Part shown: positions 45,141-54,332 of the stretch, in pieces
How the letters are laid out: each line of letters starts with the position of its first letter
Numbering within the stretch: the first letter of the stretch is position 1
IMG/VR virus record: IMGVR_UViG_3300029923_000009
Direction: 5' to 3' (one strand)
Source: a virus
Taxonomy: Duplodnaviria; Heunggongvirae; Uroviricota; Caudoviricetes
DNA: 64,000 nt
Position numbers and translations under genes: made by a program
The notes under the pieces: model-generated
The model's database searches: none
Told to the model about the DNA's origin: nothing
Seen by the model: the letters and a program-made list of their open reading frames with translations, nothing else

Positions 45141-45443
45141 ATGGATAAACGGATTACGGCTTTAAAAACCCAAATTATAAAAGAGAATATGGGTCGTTTA
45201 CTTTCTTTAAATAAAGATGGTATTGTGGATATTGATATTAACGAAAAACTTTGTATTGAGACAACCTTGGACTATGGTTTTTTCATAACAAAATTAATTT
45301 GTGAAGAAAGTACTATTTCGGTTATATCAAACCATTTTAAAGATGGTGAAAAGTGTGATACTGATATTCGTTTATTTGATTTAGAAAGCATTGACTATTT
45401 TATCACAAATATATTAGAACGTTTAATTAACAATCAAAAATAA
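45141..45443 (+). CDS. hypothetical protein (100 aa)
   Basis: ATG ORF; class-II promoter 45108-45120. Confidence 0.5.
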   Translation: MDKRITALKTQIIKENMGRLLSLNKDGIVDIDINEKLCIETTLDYGFFITKLICEESTISVISNHFKDGEKCDTDIRLFDLESIDYFITNILERLINNQK

Positions 45444-45446
45444 CGT

Positions 45447-45701
45447 ATGGTAAAAACTAAAAAAGAATTTATCATGAAGGTTCAATCTATGAAAAGGCCA
45501 TATATGTTTGAATTTGAAGAAGATTCTATGTTTAAAAATTTAAGTTTTATATGTAAGGATTTAGATAATAGTTTTAATAGATTTGAAACAAACACTATAA
45601 GATTTAATCCTGAAAATCAGATGCTGGAAGATTATAATATTAGGGTGGAAAAATATAAACAAAAAATAAATAAATGGTTTAATGAAGCAAAAAATCAATG
45701 A
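45447..45701 (+). CDS. hypothetical protein (84 aa)
   Basis: ATG ORF. Confidence 0.5.
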   Translation: MVKTKKEFIMKVQSMKRPYMFEFEEDSMFKNLSFICKDLDNSFNRFETNTIRFNPENQMLEDYNIRVEKYKQKINKWFNEAKNQ

Positions 45702-45714
45702 GAATAATTATTTT

Positions 45715-45894
45715 ATGTATTCAATAATGCGAAAAATAAAACGTTTAACCCGTAAAATAAGGTTACTGATATATATTTGTGAAAGATGGTTAAGACCTAC
45801 TTGTAGTAGATGTGGACATTATTCTTATGATGATGCCGATGGTACTATTAGTTGTCCACATTGCGGATATGTACGATACTACGAAACAAGATAA
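45715..45894 (+). CDS. zinc-ribbon protein (59 aa)
   Basis: Start moved from overlapping ATG 45682 to 45715; CSRCGH...CPHCGY. Confidence 0.4.
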   Translation: MYSIMRKIKRLTRKIRLLIYICERWLRPTCSRCGHYSYDDADGTISCPHCGYVRYYETR

Positions 45895-45917
45895 TTTTAA
45901 ATAGTAAATTCAAAAAT

Positions 45918-45932
45918 AATATATATATATAT
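45918..45932. repeat. (AT)7 dinucleotide tract
   Basis: ATATATATATATAT immediately before ATG 45933. Confidence 0.5.
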
Positions 45933-46217
45933 ATGAAAACAGCAATATTTATTAATAAACATAAACGAATACTAAAAAGATATAATGTAAATTTTGAGCC
46001 TGATTGTGATTACTACTCAATGGTGAATGGTTCATATTACTATGATATGAAAATAAGTGAAGAAATGACGGATGACTCATTTATAATCCATATAATGGGA
46101 ATAGGTATTTGTGATGGATATATTGGTGGAGATCCAGAAGGATATTTAAAATTACTATCAAAATCACTTAGAGAATATAGAAAAGACCCAATAAAATTTA
46201 AAATTGATAGTTTATGA
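45933..46217 (+). CDS. hypothetical protein (94 aa)
   Basis: Track start 45852 is TTG inside the upstream gene; ATG 45933 follows an (AT)7 tract. Confidence 0.45.
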   Translation: MKTAIFINKHKRILKRYNVNFEPDCDYYSMVNGSYYYDMKISEEMTDDSFIIHIMGIGICDGYIGGDPEGYLKLLSKSLREYRKDPIKFKIDSL

Positions 46218-46432
46218 TAATAGAAGTTAAAATGTTTACAGTACAGTGTGATAATTGTAAAAAGTTTAGTGGACAAGATTCAGATTATTCGTGTTGGAAT
46301 GACGAATCGACGGCCTGGGATGATGCATCTGAAAGTGGTTGGATAGAAGATGAAGGAAAGCATTATTGCCCTAATTGTTATACCATTGATAGTATTGATA
46401 ATATAATAATTAAACCAATAAAAATTAAATAA
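46214..46432 (+). CDS. zinc-ribbon protein (72 aa)
   Basis: ATGA overlap; CDNC...CPNC. Confidence 0.45.
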   Translation: MIIEVKMFTVQCDNCKKFSGQDSDYSCWNDESTAWDDASESGWIEDEGKHYCPNCYTIDSIDNIIIKPIKIK

Positions 46433-46996
46433 ATGAAAAAATTAAAAGAATCTTACGAGAAAATTGTTAATAAATATCTTCAACTTTTTTGTGAAAAACA
46501 CGAATTTAACATTCAAGATGGTTATTGGGTTGGTAAAGAAATTGGGGATATTATAATGATTGGTGATTATTATTTTAATTTTGATGATATACGACTTGAT
46601 ATTGATGAAAATGTTGAAGAGAAGATAATTTTTGATTGGTATGAATTTTCGGTTGAAAAAGAGAGTGATGTTAGTTATCGTTCTTGGGTTAAAGGTTATA
46701 GGCCATTAAAATGCTGGATTTCAAATTGTTTCTTTGATGAGTATTCCGAAAGAGAATTGGATGTTAAAAAATTGGGATTTGAACCTAAGTCGCTCGAACA
46801 TTTAGGATTATCGACTGGGGTTGATTCAAAATACGAATTACTACAATCCTTAGAAGCATTATCAAAATGTCAGAAATTGATGTTACCAATAGAGTGGGAA
46901 AAATATCATACTTGCAGAATTGAACGTGATTTCTTTTTAGAAGGAACGGTCAGTGATATGAATAATTATGAAAATGAAAATATAATTTATGTATAA
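46433..46996 (+). CDS. hypothetical protein (187 aa)
   Basis: ATG ORF directly abutting the upstream stop. Confidence 0.55.
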   Translation: MKKLKESYEKIVNKYLQLFCEKHEFNIQDGYWVGKEIGDIIMIGDYYFNFDDIRLDIDENVEEKIIFDWYEFSVEKESDVSYRSWVKGYRPLKCWISNCFFDEYSERELDVKKLGFEPKSLEHLGLSTGVDSKYELLQSLEALSKCQKLMLPIEWEKYHTCRIERDFFLEGTVSDMNNYENENIIYV

Positions 46997-47020
46997 TTTA
47001 ATTAATTAGCTTGCATATTT

Positions 47021-47311
47021 ATGAAAGATGCTGAAAATTATCCAGATTTATTAAAAGTTCCAGATTATGTTATTATTAAAGAATTGAGAATTGAACTAGG
47101 AAAAGCCAATGCCTATATACTGGAATTAAAACACGATTTAAATAAATTAGAAGAAAAACACTCTAAAATTGAAGATGATGTTCGAAAAAATAATCATATT
47201 AAAGGTTTGGAAAACAAAAATAACAAATTAAAAGAGAGAAATCAAATACTTACGTATGAAAACACAAGTTTAAAATTAAGAATTAACCATATACACTCAC
47301 AAAATAGATAA
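47021..47311 (+). CDS. coiled-coil hypothetical protein (96 aa)
   Basis: ATG ORF; Lys/Glu/Leu-rich. Confidence 0.5.
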   Translation: MKDAENYPDLLKVPDYVIIKELRIELGKANAYILELKHDLNKLEEKHSKIEDDVRKNNHIKGLENKNNKLKERNQILTYENTSLKLRINHIHSQNR

Positions 47312-47312
47312 T

Positions 47313-48344
47313 ATGAAAAAACTTTGCAAATTCTCGGACATAGGTCAATTTAGGGAAATTTATTCAACAATTAAACATAGAACGCAATACATTGGTAAGG
47401 ATGAAAATGGGGACTGTATGTATGATACAACAATTCCTCTTCCAATTATCAAAGTTTCAGGTACAATAAAAATTGATGGAACAAACGGAGGGATTTCAAT
47501 GAATAAAAATGGTGAAATCTGGGCTCAATCAAAAGACAATATATTGACTTTAAAGAATGATAATTATAATTTTGCTTTCACGTTAGAATCAAAAAAAGAT
47601 GTTTTTAAAGATCTACTAAATAAAATTGATTTCAAAGGATATGATTACATAACTATTTTTGGTGAATTTGCAGGAAAAGGGATACAGGCTGGAATGGCCG
47701 TATGTCAGCTTCCAAGAATATTTGTTATATATGACATTAAGCGATCATATGAAGATAATTCAAAAGGTGATAATAAATATGCGCCAATAGATCAAATTAA
47801 ACTATTGCGTTCACCTGAAAATGATATTTATAACATATATGACTTCCCAACGTTTGAAGTTGAAATTGATTTTAACGAGCCTCAGGCAGCTTTAGATAAA
47901 CTAACTGAAATAACTACCCAAGTTGGTATTAAATGCCCATTTGGTGACGCTATGGGTGTTGAAGGTAGGGGAGAAGGCATAGTTTACACTTTCTTTACTG
48001 AAACTGGTGAAAAACTTAGGTTTAAAGTAAAAGCCGAAAAAAGTAAAATTTCAAAAACGAAGGAATTGGTTGCAATCGATATAGATAGAATGAATTCAAT
48101 TAATGAATTTATTGAGTATGCTGTTACTGAAAATAGATTAAACCAAGGGCTTGAAAAAATATACGGTAACGGAGTTTTGTTTATTGAGAAGATGGGTGAT
48201 TTCTTGAGATGGTTAGCTAATGATATTATTAAAGAAGAAACAGATGTTTTGATTGGGAATAATTTGGAACCAAAAGCCGTTACAGGTGGTATATCAAAAA
48301 AAGGTAGAGATTGGTTGTTGGCTAAAATAAATAATTTCGAATAG
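47313..48344 (+). CDS. ATP-dependent RNA ligase, Rnl2-like (343 aa)
   Basis: Covalent nucleotidyltransferase motifs: I KIDGTN (cf. T4 Rnl2 KIHGTN), III IFGEFAGKG, IV GEGIVYTF, V LRFKVKAEK; length close to T4 Rnl2. Confidence 0.8.
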   Translation: MKKLCKFSDIGQFREIYSTIKHRTQYIGKDENGDCMYDTTIPLPIIKVSGTIKIDGTNGGISMNKNGEIWAQSKDNILTLKNDNYNFAFTLESKKDVFKDLLNKIDFKGYDYITIFGEFAGKGIQAGMAVCQLPRIFVIYDIKRSYEDNSKGDNKYAPIDQIKLLRSPENDIYNIYDFPTFEVEIDFNEPQAALDKLTEITTQVGIKCPFGDAMGVEGRGEGIVYTFFTETGEKLRFKVKAEKSKISKTKELVAIDIDRMNSINEFIEYAVTENRLNQGLEKIYGNGVLFIEKMGDFLRWLANDIIKEETDVLIGNNLEPKAVTGGISKKGRDWLLAKINNFE

Positions 48345-48379
48345 AAGTTAATTAATTTGGGTTATTGCGGTTTAAATAT

Positions 48380-48388
48380 TACCTTTGT
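48380..48388 (+). promoter_or_regulatory. -7 box TACCTTTGT
   Basis: 30 nt before ATG 48418. Confidence 0.35.
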
Positions 48389-48417
48389 GGCTAATTATTA
48401 AAAAAACAAAATATATA

Positions 48418-49131
48418 ATGAAAAAAGAATTAAAGCAATTTAAAATATTAAGCGAGTACGATTATAATCTAAAAAACACACAAAAAAGGTTATTTGAATC
48501 ATTTGTAACCATATCGGAAATAAATCGATATTCACATAGATTATCTGAATCGTTGTCTATGGAGTTGGATGCTACAAATTTAACCGAATCTGGTGATCAA
48601 CAAAATGTCTTGGATTTAATCGGTAGTAACCAATATGATGTTAATAATAATATTGAATTTAAGAATTCATTAAAATATGGTAATCGTGGTGAATTTTTAA
48701 GTGATTACACCGAAGATGAATATGGACAAATGAAAACATATAAACTGAAAGGTTATAATATTGGGTTTGCTATTAAGTTGGATGGTGACATAGTTTCACT
48801 TCATAATAATAGTGGTATTGGTGGGTTAGGTGGAGCTTTAGTTAAATCAGCTGTATCATTAGGTGGCACTAAAATGGATCATTTTGATGGATTTTTAACA
48901 GGATTATATTCAAAAAATGGGTTTAATGTTGTTAATTCAGATCAATGGAACGATGATTATTCCCCATCTGATTGGAAATACGTACCTGTAGACATATTTA
49001 ACCCTGATAGCTCGATTTACGCAAATACATTGAAGAAATTCCCAAGTGAAAATGAAATTACTCCAGAATTAAAACAGGAAATTAACTTATATGGTTCTGG
49101 AATGCCAGATGTTGTGTATCGCTCACTATAA
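48418..49131 (+). CDS. protein with C-terminal GNAT-like acetyltransferase fold (237 aa)
   Basis: Track start 48385 is TTG; ATG 48418; GIGGLGGALVKSAVSLG and GLYSKNGFNVV resemble GNAT motif A and the C-terminal GF motif. Confidence 0.5.
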   Translation: MKKELKQFKILSEYDYNLKNTQKRLFESFVTISEINRYSHRLSESLSMELDATNLTESGDQQNVLDLIGSNQYDVNNNIEFKNSLKYGNRGEFLSDYTEDEYGQMKTYKLKGYNIGFAIKLDGDIVSLHNNSGIGGLGGALVKSAVSLGGTKMDHFDGFLTGLYSKNGFNVVNSDQWNDDYSPSDWKYVPVDIFNPDSSIYANTLKKFPSENEITPELKQEINLYGSGMPDVVYRSL

Positions 49132-49151
49132 TATAAAAATTTAAATTTATA

Positions 49152-49853
49152 ATGTTTCAAAGCCTATTATTACACATCCCCCATTCAAGTACTTACATTC
49201 CAGATTCTTTTGGAAATATTAATGACTACACATTAATGGGAAATGTTGTTATTCAAACAGATTTATTAGTTGATGACTTATTTTACCACCCAGTAACTAC
49301 AAATGTTAAAACATTAAAATTTATTTATAGTCGGTTTTATTGTGATGTGGAAAGATATTGGGATGACAAAAAAGAACCAATGTCACTAATTGGACAGGGT
49401 GTATATTATAAACAATATTCTGATGGTTCATTAATTAATAGAACCGACTCAAAGGATGATATTAAATTAGTTTACAATGAGCATCACTCAAAATTAAACT
49501 ATATTTCCCAAAAACTTATTGCGGAAAATGGTTCTTGTTTAATCATTGATTGTCATTCTTTTACACCAACGAATGAAAATGAGCCAGATATATGTATTGG
49601 GGTTAATTATGATAAAAATGACCCAGGTCCTGAAACATTATGGTCTATTATAAATCATTTTATTGATAATGGGTATAAATTTAAGATAAATTATCCGTTT
49701 TCAGGATCAATATATCCATCAAAATATTTAAATAAAAACTTAAAATCTATTATGATTGAAGTAAATAAAAATATTTATTTGGGTAATGAGATTAAGTTTT
49801 CGAAATTAAAAAATACAATAAACGAATTATATCATAAATTGTTAAAATATTAA
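49152..49853 (+). CDS. N-formylglutamate amidohydrolase (FGase) family protein (233 aa)
   Basis: HIPHSSTYIP, SRFYCDVERY, LIIDCHSF and SIMIEVNKNIY resemble the conserved blocks of the FGase/zinc-amidohydrolase family (PHxG..P / sRlvvDvNR / DlHS / iEirqdLy). Confidence 0.5.
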   Translation: MFQSLLLHIPHSSTYIPDSFGNINDYTLMGNVVIQTDLLVDDLFYHPVTTNVKTLKFIYSRFYCDVERYWDDKKEPMSLIGQGVYYKQYSDGSLINRTDSKDDIKLVYNEHHSKLNYISQKLIAENGSCLIIDCHSFTPTNENEPDICIGVNYDKNDPGPETLWSIINHFIDNGYKFKINYPFSGSIYPSKYLNKNLKSIMIEVNKNIYLGNEIKFSKLKNTINELYHKLLKY

Positions 49854-50572
49854 TGAAAAATAAACTTTCAATTGTTGCAATTTCCGACCTTCACGGGTAT
49901 CTACCTGAAATAACCGAAGAAGCTGATATAATGATCATCGGTGGGGATATTTCTCCTTTAAATATTCAACGTAATAAACCTAAAACGAAAATTTGGCTTG
50001 AAACAACGTTTCTCGAATGGGTCAATAATTTACCAGTTAAGAAAGTATTCCTTGTGGCTGGTAATCATGATTTTGCGTTAGAGGGTTTATCTGATACTGA
50101 AAAATATTTTTTTGAAAAATTATTTGGCGGAAAACTTAAATATTTAGAAAACGAAACATTTAACCACGTTGATGATAACGGTTGTTCTTGGGTGATTTTT
50201 GGAACGCCTTATTGTCACATATTTAGTTCTGGTTGGGTATTTATGATACCAGATGATAATATGTATTTCAAATTTCTGAAAATTCCAGATGAAGTTGATA
50301 TAATTATTTCTCATGACCCGCCTTATGGTGTTGGTGAAGTTGATGTTATTTTGGAACAATATAATTTAAATGAACCAATCACGCATATTGGAAATAAACC
50401 TTTAGCAAAAAGATTGCAACAAATCAAATATAAATTTCTATGCTGTGGTCATATACATAGTGGTAGCCATATACCATATGAATTTAATGGTGGAAAATGT
50501 GTAAACGTTTCGATCAAAGATGAAGATTACCAACCAATCTATCATCCATTTTATTATACATTAGAAAAATGA
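49853..50572 (+). CDS. calcineurin-like metallophosphoesterase (239 aa)
   Basis: Motifs DLHG, GGD, GNHD, HD and GHIHSGSH in the canonical order; TAATG overlap with the upstream gene. Confidence 0.8.
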   Translation: MKNKLSIVAISDLHGYLPEITEEADIMIIGGDISPLNIQRNKPKTKIWLETTFLEWVNNLPVKKVFLVAGNHDFALEGLSDTEKYFFEKLFGGKLKYLENETFNHVDDNGCSWVIFGTPYCHIFSSGWVFMIPDDNMYFKFLKIPDEVDIIISHDPPYGVGEVDVILEQYNLNEPITHIGNKPLAKRLQQIKYKFLCCGHIHSGSHIPYEFNGGKCVNVSIKDEDYQPIYHPFYYTLEK

Positions 50573-50973
50573 TAGAACTAATAATATTTATAGGACTTAT
50601 CTTGGTGATCTCTTGGTATGGTGTTAAAGTATCAATAGGTGGTGCAAGTTTTGAAATATTTCCAATTAAACGATTTTTTACTAAATTAAATGTGATTAAA
50701 ATACAAAAAAAAGTAAACAAACAAGCTATTAGCGATGTACAAATGGGTGATTTCGGTAGATGGCTTGAAAAAAATTATGTTGGAGAATTTAATATTTATA
50801 ACACAACAATCACACCACCGAAAAAATTAGAAATATCAGATTTAATCGAAATATATAAAAAAGAAGTATTAAACTATAATGATACTTGCCCATTTTGTAA
50901 TTCAAAACACCTTCACTCATTTGTATTAAAACACACGAAATGTAAATCCTGTGACCAAATGTGGACTGATTAA
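50569..50973 (+). CDS. membrane-anchored zinc-ribbon protein (134 aa)
   Basis: N-terminal TM helix; C-terminal CPFCNSKH...CKSC; ATGA overlap. Confidence 0.5.
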   Translation: MIELIIFIGLILVISWYGVKVSIGGASFEIFPIKRFFTKLNVIKIQKKVNKQAISDVQMGDFGRWLEKNYVGEFNIYNTTITPPKKLEISDLIEIYKKEVLNYNDTCPFCNSKHLHSFVLKHTKCKSCDQMWTD

Positions 50974-51020
50974 ATTATATGATATTTGTTAAAATATTTT
51001 GATATATCAATTAAATTATT

Positions 51021-51029
51021 TACTTTTGT
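51021..51029 (+). promoter_or_regulatory. -7 box TACTTTTGT
   Basis: 33 nt before ATG 51062. Confidence 0.35.
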
Positions 51030-51061
51030 CACATAAAATAAATTATAAAAAAATAAATATT

Positions 51062-51244
51062 ATGAGCGTAAGGACGACAGCAGATGATGCATTGGAAAAT
51101 GCAAGAGAACACATATTAGATGCCTATAAGTCATTATTGGTGGTTATTAATCCAGATACTTGGGGTTCTGATTGCTATTCCGTAGAATTTAATAAAAAAA
51201 TTATGGATGCTATGAACCAATTAAATGAATTAAGAAAATTATAA
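51062..51244 (+). CDS. hypothetical protein (60 aa)
   Basis: Track start 50999 is non-ATG; ATG 51062; -7 box 51021-51029. Confidence 0.4.
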   Translation: MSVRTTADDALENAREHILDAYKSLLVVINPDTWGSDCYSVEFNKKIMDAMNQLNELRKL

Positions 51245-51246
51245 TA

Positions 51247-51468
51247 ATGAAAAATAATAATAATATTAAAACTGGAATAATCGATATTGATAATATATTA
51301 TCAAATGGGATTAATCCAACTGAATTAGAATTAATTATTGGCCCACCAACAGTTGGTATGAAACATATGTCAGTATATATGGAAAGAGCTAAAAGATTAA
51401 TGAAGGAAGCTGGTATTGGCGTTATTGAAACTAATACAGACCCAATTATAACTATCTGTAATGAATAA
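51247..51468 (+). CDS. hypothetical protein (73 aa)
   Basis: ATG ORF. Confidence 0.45.
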   Translation: MKNNNNIKTGIIDIDNILSNGINPTELELIIGPPTVGMKHMSVYMERAKRLMKEAGIGVIETNTDPIITICNE

Positions 51469-52162
51469 CGACACTATTAAAATATGTTTCATAGGGGACA
51501 TCCACGGAAAATCTGTTTGGAAAAAATTCATAAAAGATCCAACCATTAACTTTTTCGTGTTCTCTGGTGACTATGTTGATAATGATATGGGTATGGTTAT
51601 TTCTGATGAAGAAATGATTGAAAATTTTCAAGACATTATTGATTTCAAACGTAAAAATATGAATAGTGTTATTGTCCTAAAAGGGAACCACGATTTAAGT
51701 TACTGGTATTTAAACTATCCAATATTTAAATGTTCTCGTTTTAGGGAAAGTATTGCGATGGAACTAAACGACCTATATTCTTTCAATAAAGATTTATTCC
51801 AAAACGCTTGGCAATATAAAAATGTGGTTGCGACTCACGCTGGAATACAACATAATTGGTTTATAAACGAGTTTAAAGGTGATATCACACTAAACGTAGC
51901 TGATCAACTAAATAATCCGAAAGATGAAAATCAGTTAAATGCATTATATCAAGTTGGTAAAATTAGGGGTGGGTGGAAAGATGTTGGTGGTATATTTTGG
52001 GCTGATAAAAGTGAACTTAATAAATCATTAAAAGGAGTTATTCAGGTTGTTGGGCATAATAGAGTTAAAGATATTTCATATTATATAAATAAAAATTATG
52101 GTGAAATATATTTTATTGATTGCTTAGGCTATAAAGAAAACTGTCTAATATTAGAACTATAA
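51461..52162 (+). CDS. PPP-family (lambda phosphatase/ApaH-like) metallophosphatase (233 aa)
   Basis: GDIHG ... GDYVD ... GNHD motif series, spacing as in GDxHG/GDxVDRG/GNHE phosphatases. Confidence 0.75.
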   Translation: MNNDTIKICFIGDIHGKSVWKKFIKDPTINFFVFSGDYVDNDMGMVISDEEMIENFQDIIDFKRKNMNSVIVLKGNHDLSYWYLNYPIFKCSRFRESIAMELNDLYSFNKDLFQNAWQYKNVVATHAGIQHNWFINEFKGDITLNVADQLNNPKDENQLNALYQVGKIRGGWKDVGGIFWADKSELNKSLKGVIQVVGHNRVKDISYYINKNYGEIYFIDCLGYKENCLILEL

Positions 52163-52170
52163 TAATAATA

Positions 52171-52524
52171 ATGAAAAAGGAAAAATACCTTGAATATCGT
52201 AAAATATTTGAATCTAATTACCTGGGAATGATAAAATTAGGTAAACATGATTTGGGATTCGTTAATTTACATGATTTAAAAACTGGCATTTCAAGGTATA
52301 GTGAATTTGTATTTATTTATAGTTGTGATATAAATTGTAATTTTACAAATACAGTAAACTCAATTGATAGAAGAAAAAGGTTCATCACCAAATACGTTAA
52401 CCATCCAGCAATAAAAATAAAAATTGATTTTGATAACATACATCTAATTGATCGTTGGCCAGAGCGTTTTAAACAAATAACAAAATATTATAAAAATAAT
52501 AAAATAAATCATGGAATTAATTAA
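52171..52524 (+). CDS. hypothetical protein (117 aa)
   Basis: ATG ORF. Confidence 0.5.
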   Translation: MKKEKYLEYRKIFESNYLGMIKLGKHDLGFVNLHDLKTGISRYSEFVFIYSCDINCNFTNTVNSIDRRKRFITKYVNHPAIKIKIDFDNIHLIDRWPERFKQITKYYKNNKINHGIN

Positions 52525-52834
52525 AAATTATTTAGAATCATTACAGAAAATATACGATCATGTTGGGTTTGTAGAAGATTGGGTGATTTATCCTTTAGAT
52601 GATCAATTAAATAGGTATTGGGATGAGGATGGTGATAGTGTATATTATGCTGACACATATGAGGAGTTTGACTCTGAAGATGGTGGCTACTATGTTGATG
52701 AAATTTACAAGCAAAGATTTTACAACCAATGGGTTTATGTTGGTGATGATTTTACAATGATATTTTGTAACCCAGGGGTTGATGGTATGAAATACTTTAG
52801 ACTATTTGATAATTCAAAAAGAATGAAAAAATAA
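52511..52834 (+). CDS. hypothetical acidic protein (107 aa)
   Basis: ATG ORF overlapping the upstream gene by 14 nt. Confidence 0.5.
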   Translation: MELIKNYLESLQKIYDHVGFVEDWVIYPLDDQLNRYWDEDGDSVYYADTYEEFDSEDGGYYVDEIYKQRFYNQWVYVGDDFTMIFCNPGVDGMKYFRLFDNSKRMKK

Positions 52835-52846
52835 TAAAATAAATAT

Positions 52847-53236
52847 ATGAATAAAGAATTTGTCTCACTTGAAATTGCAAAGAAACTAAAAAGGCTTGGT
52901 TTTACTGAACCTTGTTTTGCTTGTTACGATAACTGCGGTATGCTATCAACGTATTCAGATATTTTTAACTCTAAAAACTATAATAGAACTGAAACTTTAA
53001 TGTGTTCAGCTCCATTACATCAACAAGTGATTAATTGGTTATACAATGAGTATAAGTTAATTGTTGGTGTTGAAACTGTTTCATTAAATGAATGGAAAGG
53101 ATTCGTATGTGTTTCAACAATGGCATTGGAAGATGTTGTTGAAATTAACGAAACTTATCCCGATGAAGATAGATATAAAGGAATGGAACAGGCTATTAAT
53201 ATCGCATTGGATATTGAAATTTTAGCATTATTTTAA
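52847..53236 (+). CDS. hypothetical protein, paralog family B (129 aa)
   Basis: MNKEFVSLEIAKKLKRLGF...APLHQQVINWLYNEY; third copy of the family. Confidence 0.55.
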   Translation: MNKEFVSLEIAKKLKRLGFTEPCFACYDNCGMLSTYSDIFNSKNYNRTETLMCSAPLHQQVINWLYNEYKLIVGVETVSLNEWKGFVCVSTMALEDVVEINETYPDEDRYKGMEQAINIALDIEILALF

Positions 53237-53274
53237 AATGTGTTTATTTATTTGGTTTATTGAGTATTTATTAA

Positions 53275-53283
53275 TAAATTTGT
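53275..53283 (+). promoter_or_regulatory. -7 box TAAATTTGT
   Basis: 33 nt before ATG 53316. Confidence 0.35.
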
Positions 53284-53315
53284 AACATTAAAAATAATAA
53301 CAAATAAAACAAACC

Positions 53316-54188
53316 ATGAAAAAAGAAACCTTAAGAGAAAACATAGCAAAACTTGTTAGAAGCGGAATTCAGGAAATAAAAGAAAAACAATTCATAACTG
53401 AAGACCTTATCACATTCGGTAGTGGAAGACCTAATTACGATCAGGTTGTTATCTTAGCTGGTGGTACGGGGGTTGGTAAAGGATTTGTATTAAATAATCT
53501 TGTTGGTATACAGGGGAAAGTTTTTGATGTAGACCAACTAAAATCTCTTGGTATAAGAAGTAAGTTGATTAAAGACAAGGTTTTAAGTTTAACAGGTAGA
53601 GATATTACTGAACTTGATTTACGTAATCCTTATGACGTTTCATTTCTACACGATGTATTCAAAGAACTACAAATTGCCGATAAGCAAGTTGAAAATTTAT
53701 TAAATGCAATGGTTGGAAGAGAAAATAAACCTAATTTGATTTTTGATGTTACCCTCGCAAATTTAGCAAAATTAGAATATGTTTCAAATCAAGTTGTTGA
53801 ATATGGTTATTCAATGGAAAATATTCATATTGTATGGATAATTAATGATATTGAGGTTGCAAGAGCTCAGAATAAAAATAGACCAAGGGTTGTATCGGAA
53901 GCTATGTTTACACAAATTCACGATCAAGTATTTCTTAGTTTAAAAAATATACTTACAGGTAGATTTCCAATCTTAGATTATATGAGCGGTGATTTTTATA
54001 TTGTTTTTAACCAAAAGAATGTCGATACTGAAATGTCTTTTTCACCAATGGGCGGAAGATATGTAAATAAAACAAACTATATTAAAATCAAAGGAAAAAA
54101 TAAACCAATGAAAACCATTGATGAAATAACCCAAGCTGTTATTGATAAAATAGTTCTTTATTCTGGAACAGACAACACACCGCTATAA
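53316..54188 (+). CDS. P-loop NTPase, possible (poly)nucleotide kinase (290 aa)
   Basis: Walker-A-like VVILAGGTGVGKGF near the N-terminus; hhhhD-like IFDVT later; which kinase family is not resolvable by eye. Confidence 0.5.
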   Translation: MKKETLRENIAKLVRSGIQEIKEKQFITEDLITFGSGRPNYDQVVILAGGTGVGKGFVLNNLVGIQGKVFDVDQLKSLGIRSKLIKDKVLSLTGRDITELDLRNPYDVSFLHDVFKELQIADKQVENLLNAMVGRENKPNLIFDVTLANLAKLEYVSNQVVEYGYSMENIHIVWIINDIEVARAQNKNRPRVVSEAMFTQIHDQVFLSLKNILTGRFPILDYMSGDFYIVFNQKNVDTEMSFSPMGGRYVNKTNYIKIKGKNKPMKTIDEITQAVIDKIVLYSGTDNTPL

Positions 54189-54227
54189 TATCATCATTAT
54201 TAAAATAAAATATTAAAATTACTTAAT

Positions 54228-54252
54228 AGACTTGCTTTTGTGAGTCTTTTTT
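54228..54252 (+). terminator. rho-independent terminator
   Basis: AGACT TGCTTTTGTG AGTCT followed by TTTTT. Confidence 0.45.
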
Positions 54253-54332
54253 ATGTGTAAAAATAGTATATAATAATTGATGATGATTTAGAAGAAAAAT
54301 AATTTTCTTACTATTTATAGTAAAAGAAAATT

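Noticed and set aside
45918-45932. (AT)7 tract before ATG 45933 as a phase-variation switch
   Set aside because: A 14-nt AT dinucleotide run is not unusual in DNA with about 70% A+T. It lies outside the coding sequence and probably just forms part of the AT-rich leader.
53316-54188. Calling the P-loop protein a bona fide T4-Pnk-type polynucleotide kinase
   Set aside because: The Walker A (GGTGVGKG) lacks the Ser/Thr after Lys seen in Pnk/Clp1-type kinases, and no lid or substrate motifs can be verified by eye. It is reported only as a P-loop NTPase, with the kinase role as a hypothesis.
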